NCBI GenBank assembly: GCA_951406725.2
Contig: OX597838.1
Coordinates: 992,001 to 1,056,000 of the forward strand
From: Octopus vulgaris
Lineage: Eukaryota
DNA: 64,000 bases
Direction: 5' to 3'
Shown: piece by piece, positions 62,179-64,000 of the stretch
Layout: each line of letters begins with the position of its first letter
How positions within the stretch are numbered: the first letter of the stretch is position 1
The notes under the pieces: model-generated
Seen by the model: only the letters and a program-made list of their open reading frames with translations
The model's database searches: none
What the model was told of the DNA's origin: nothing
Made by a program: the position numbers and the translations under genes

Positions 62179-63809
62179 TATATATATTGTGTTTCTATAT
62201 GTGTCTGTGTGGCCATGTACATGGAATGCTGTTGCTCATTCATAAAGGAGCTTCTGTAGACAGCTGCAGGTTACCATAGCAACTGATTTTCTTTTAATGT
62301 TAGCCAGCAGAGGATATTTTTACCCCTAACTTTTGAGTTGCAGGATCCCCCCCCCCCGTTGCATTCTAGTAAGGTTGGTTGCAGCTGATGTTGTGTCTTA
62401 AAGCTTACAACAGGGTCAACTGGTGACAGTGGAGATGGAGGCACCCTGCTACCTTACAGTTGTAAAATATTTAGGGTTTCCATTGCTATTTTTTAAAATC
62501 CGTCTGGTCCCTCCCCACTCACCCACCAATCATTTTCATGTCATATTTATTATGGCAGGAAATAATTATAGACCAACATGTTAATTATTTTAATAGTCAA
62601 TGTTTTTAGTTTCCTGTCAGTTTTTTTTTTAATGTTAAATATAAACTGTTCAGGTGACCTGAGGTGTCTGTCTGTCTGTCCTGTCTTTGTACCTGTTTCA
62701 CATTAAACATTGTACAAACATCCACAGAAATCTCTAAACCCCTCTCCCCCCCACACTCACATGTTAATAATATGATGTGCTAATGTAACCCTGCTCCACC
62801 CACTCCATACACCTATGAAGGAAGGGCAATCATCCATTGCCCTTCCCAGCCCTGTCCTTCTCTGACCAAAGTGCAACTTGATCCTGCTGAAGCTTACCCA
62901 GATTTCTGAGGTATTTGGATGATTGGTAGTATAAGTGGTTTTGTGTGTCCCTGGGTTAATCCTGGGTGGAAGTAAATGATCAGCAGCATTCTAGCCATGA
63001 CCATCCTGTATTTTTGATTATCCAAGACTACATTATACAGTGTGATCTGCCAATAAATCAATAGCATGTGCTTTGAGAGCTATTTGGCTGTTATTTCTAG
63101 CAAGTCGAGTGACTATAGAGAGGCTCCCTTGGCTTCCAAAGATTTATCAAGATGAGAAGTGGGGAGGACTTGGGCTCATTAGTAAACCCCACCCTAAATG
63201 TTTGTTGAGACCATGTCCACCATTTCTGTCAACCAACTGGACACAATACACCACCACCACCACCCCTCTCTACACTGCCATCCCTTGGCTACACCCTTAC
63301 CTCCTTAACCCGATCCAAAATTTGATCCCTTGTCTGGTGTTTCACATCTGCTGATGACACACTGAAAGTTAGTCCAGAAACAACCCTGAACCATTCAACT
63401 ATTAGACATTGTCTGCTAATTTTACGGTTCTGCTTTCAATTCTTGCCCGTGTTGACCTCACAAACTCCCTCCTCCCCCTCTTTCTGTTATCTAATAAGTA
63501 CCAGTAATTCACTCGGTCAAACACTAGGCACTAATGGCTCTTCCCTCAACTGTTTTGTTGGCAGCATCCATACCTTATAAGGTAAGTAAGGTGATGAGGG
63601 AGGGAGGCTGTAATCTGAAATAAAGTGTGAGACCCTAGGATCTTTGAAGGCTCACCTTGACTTAAACTACCCCTTTTTTTTTTTAATAGAAGACCCACCC
63701 ACTCTACCCCTCCCCTATCACCACTTGATTCTATTGTAATAATGCTGATAATTATGATGATGATACCATAGATAGGGGTGGGGGTGGGGGCAGGCACAGT
63801 ATGGAGCTG

Positions 63810-63965
63810 TGTTAAATCTTGTTCTGAGTTCAAGTCCTACACAAGTCAGCTTTGCTTTCATCCTTCTGGGGATTGATAAAATGTGTACCAGTCAAATACT
63901 GGGGGTGTTAAATCAACTATAAATCTCCACCCCCACCCCCTCCCAGATTTGTCACTTTGTGTCAC
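63810..63965 (+). mobile_element. SINE family A copy (diverged)
   Basis: gttctgagttcaagtcc...ttgctttcatccttctggggattgataaaatgtgtaccag. Confidence 0.75.
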
Positions 63966-64000
63966 TTTAAGGAATCTTGGGTTTTATGGTAATGATGAGG

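Overview
Eukaryotic, AT-rich window packed with microsatellites and SINEs; the repeat landscape suggests an octopus/coleoid cephalopod (inferred, not proven). Almost all ORFs in the supplied track are microsatellite translations. Two convergent protein-coding genes are supported. (1) A + strand 1207-aa ORF in a single coding exon (25919-29542), resembling a type I membrane protein: Ser/Thr-rich region, internal signal-like segment, one clear TM helix and a long disordered tail with clustered Tyr motifs. (2) A - strand gene rebuilt by hand from four GT-AG-bounded coding exons (48324-48055, 43972-43800, 42371-42258, 41160-41106; 203 aa) with a KEN box, D-box-like motifs, many S/T-P sites and a CHR/Myb/E2F-like promoter, so probably a mitotically regulated protein (possibly a distant PIMREG/FAM64A relative). 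The most striking observation is a 9 x 22-bp tandem array downstream of that gene's stop codon: its invariant core is a perfect miR-34 seed match on the gene's sense strand. Also present: decayed pogo and mariner transposons, RTE and CR1 LINE fragments, hAT and piggyBac MITEs, two abundant SINE families whose orientation flips between the two genes, Penelope-type minimal hammerhead motifs and several long fold-back inverted repeats.
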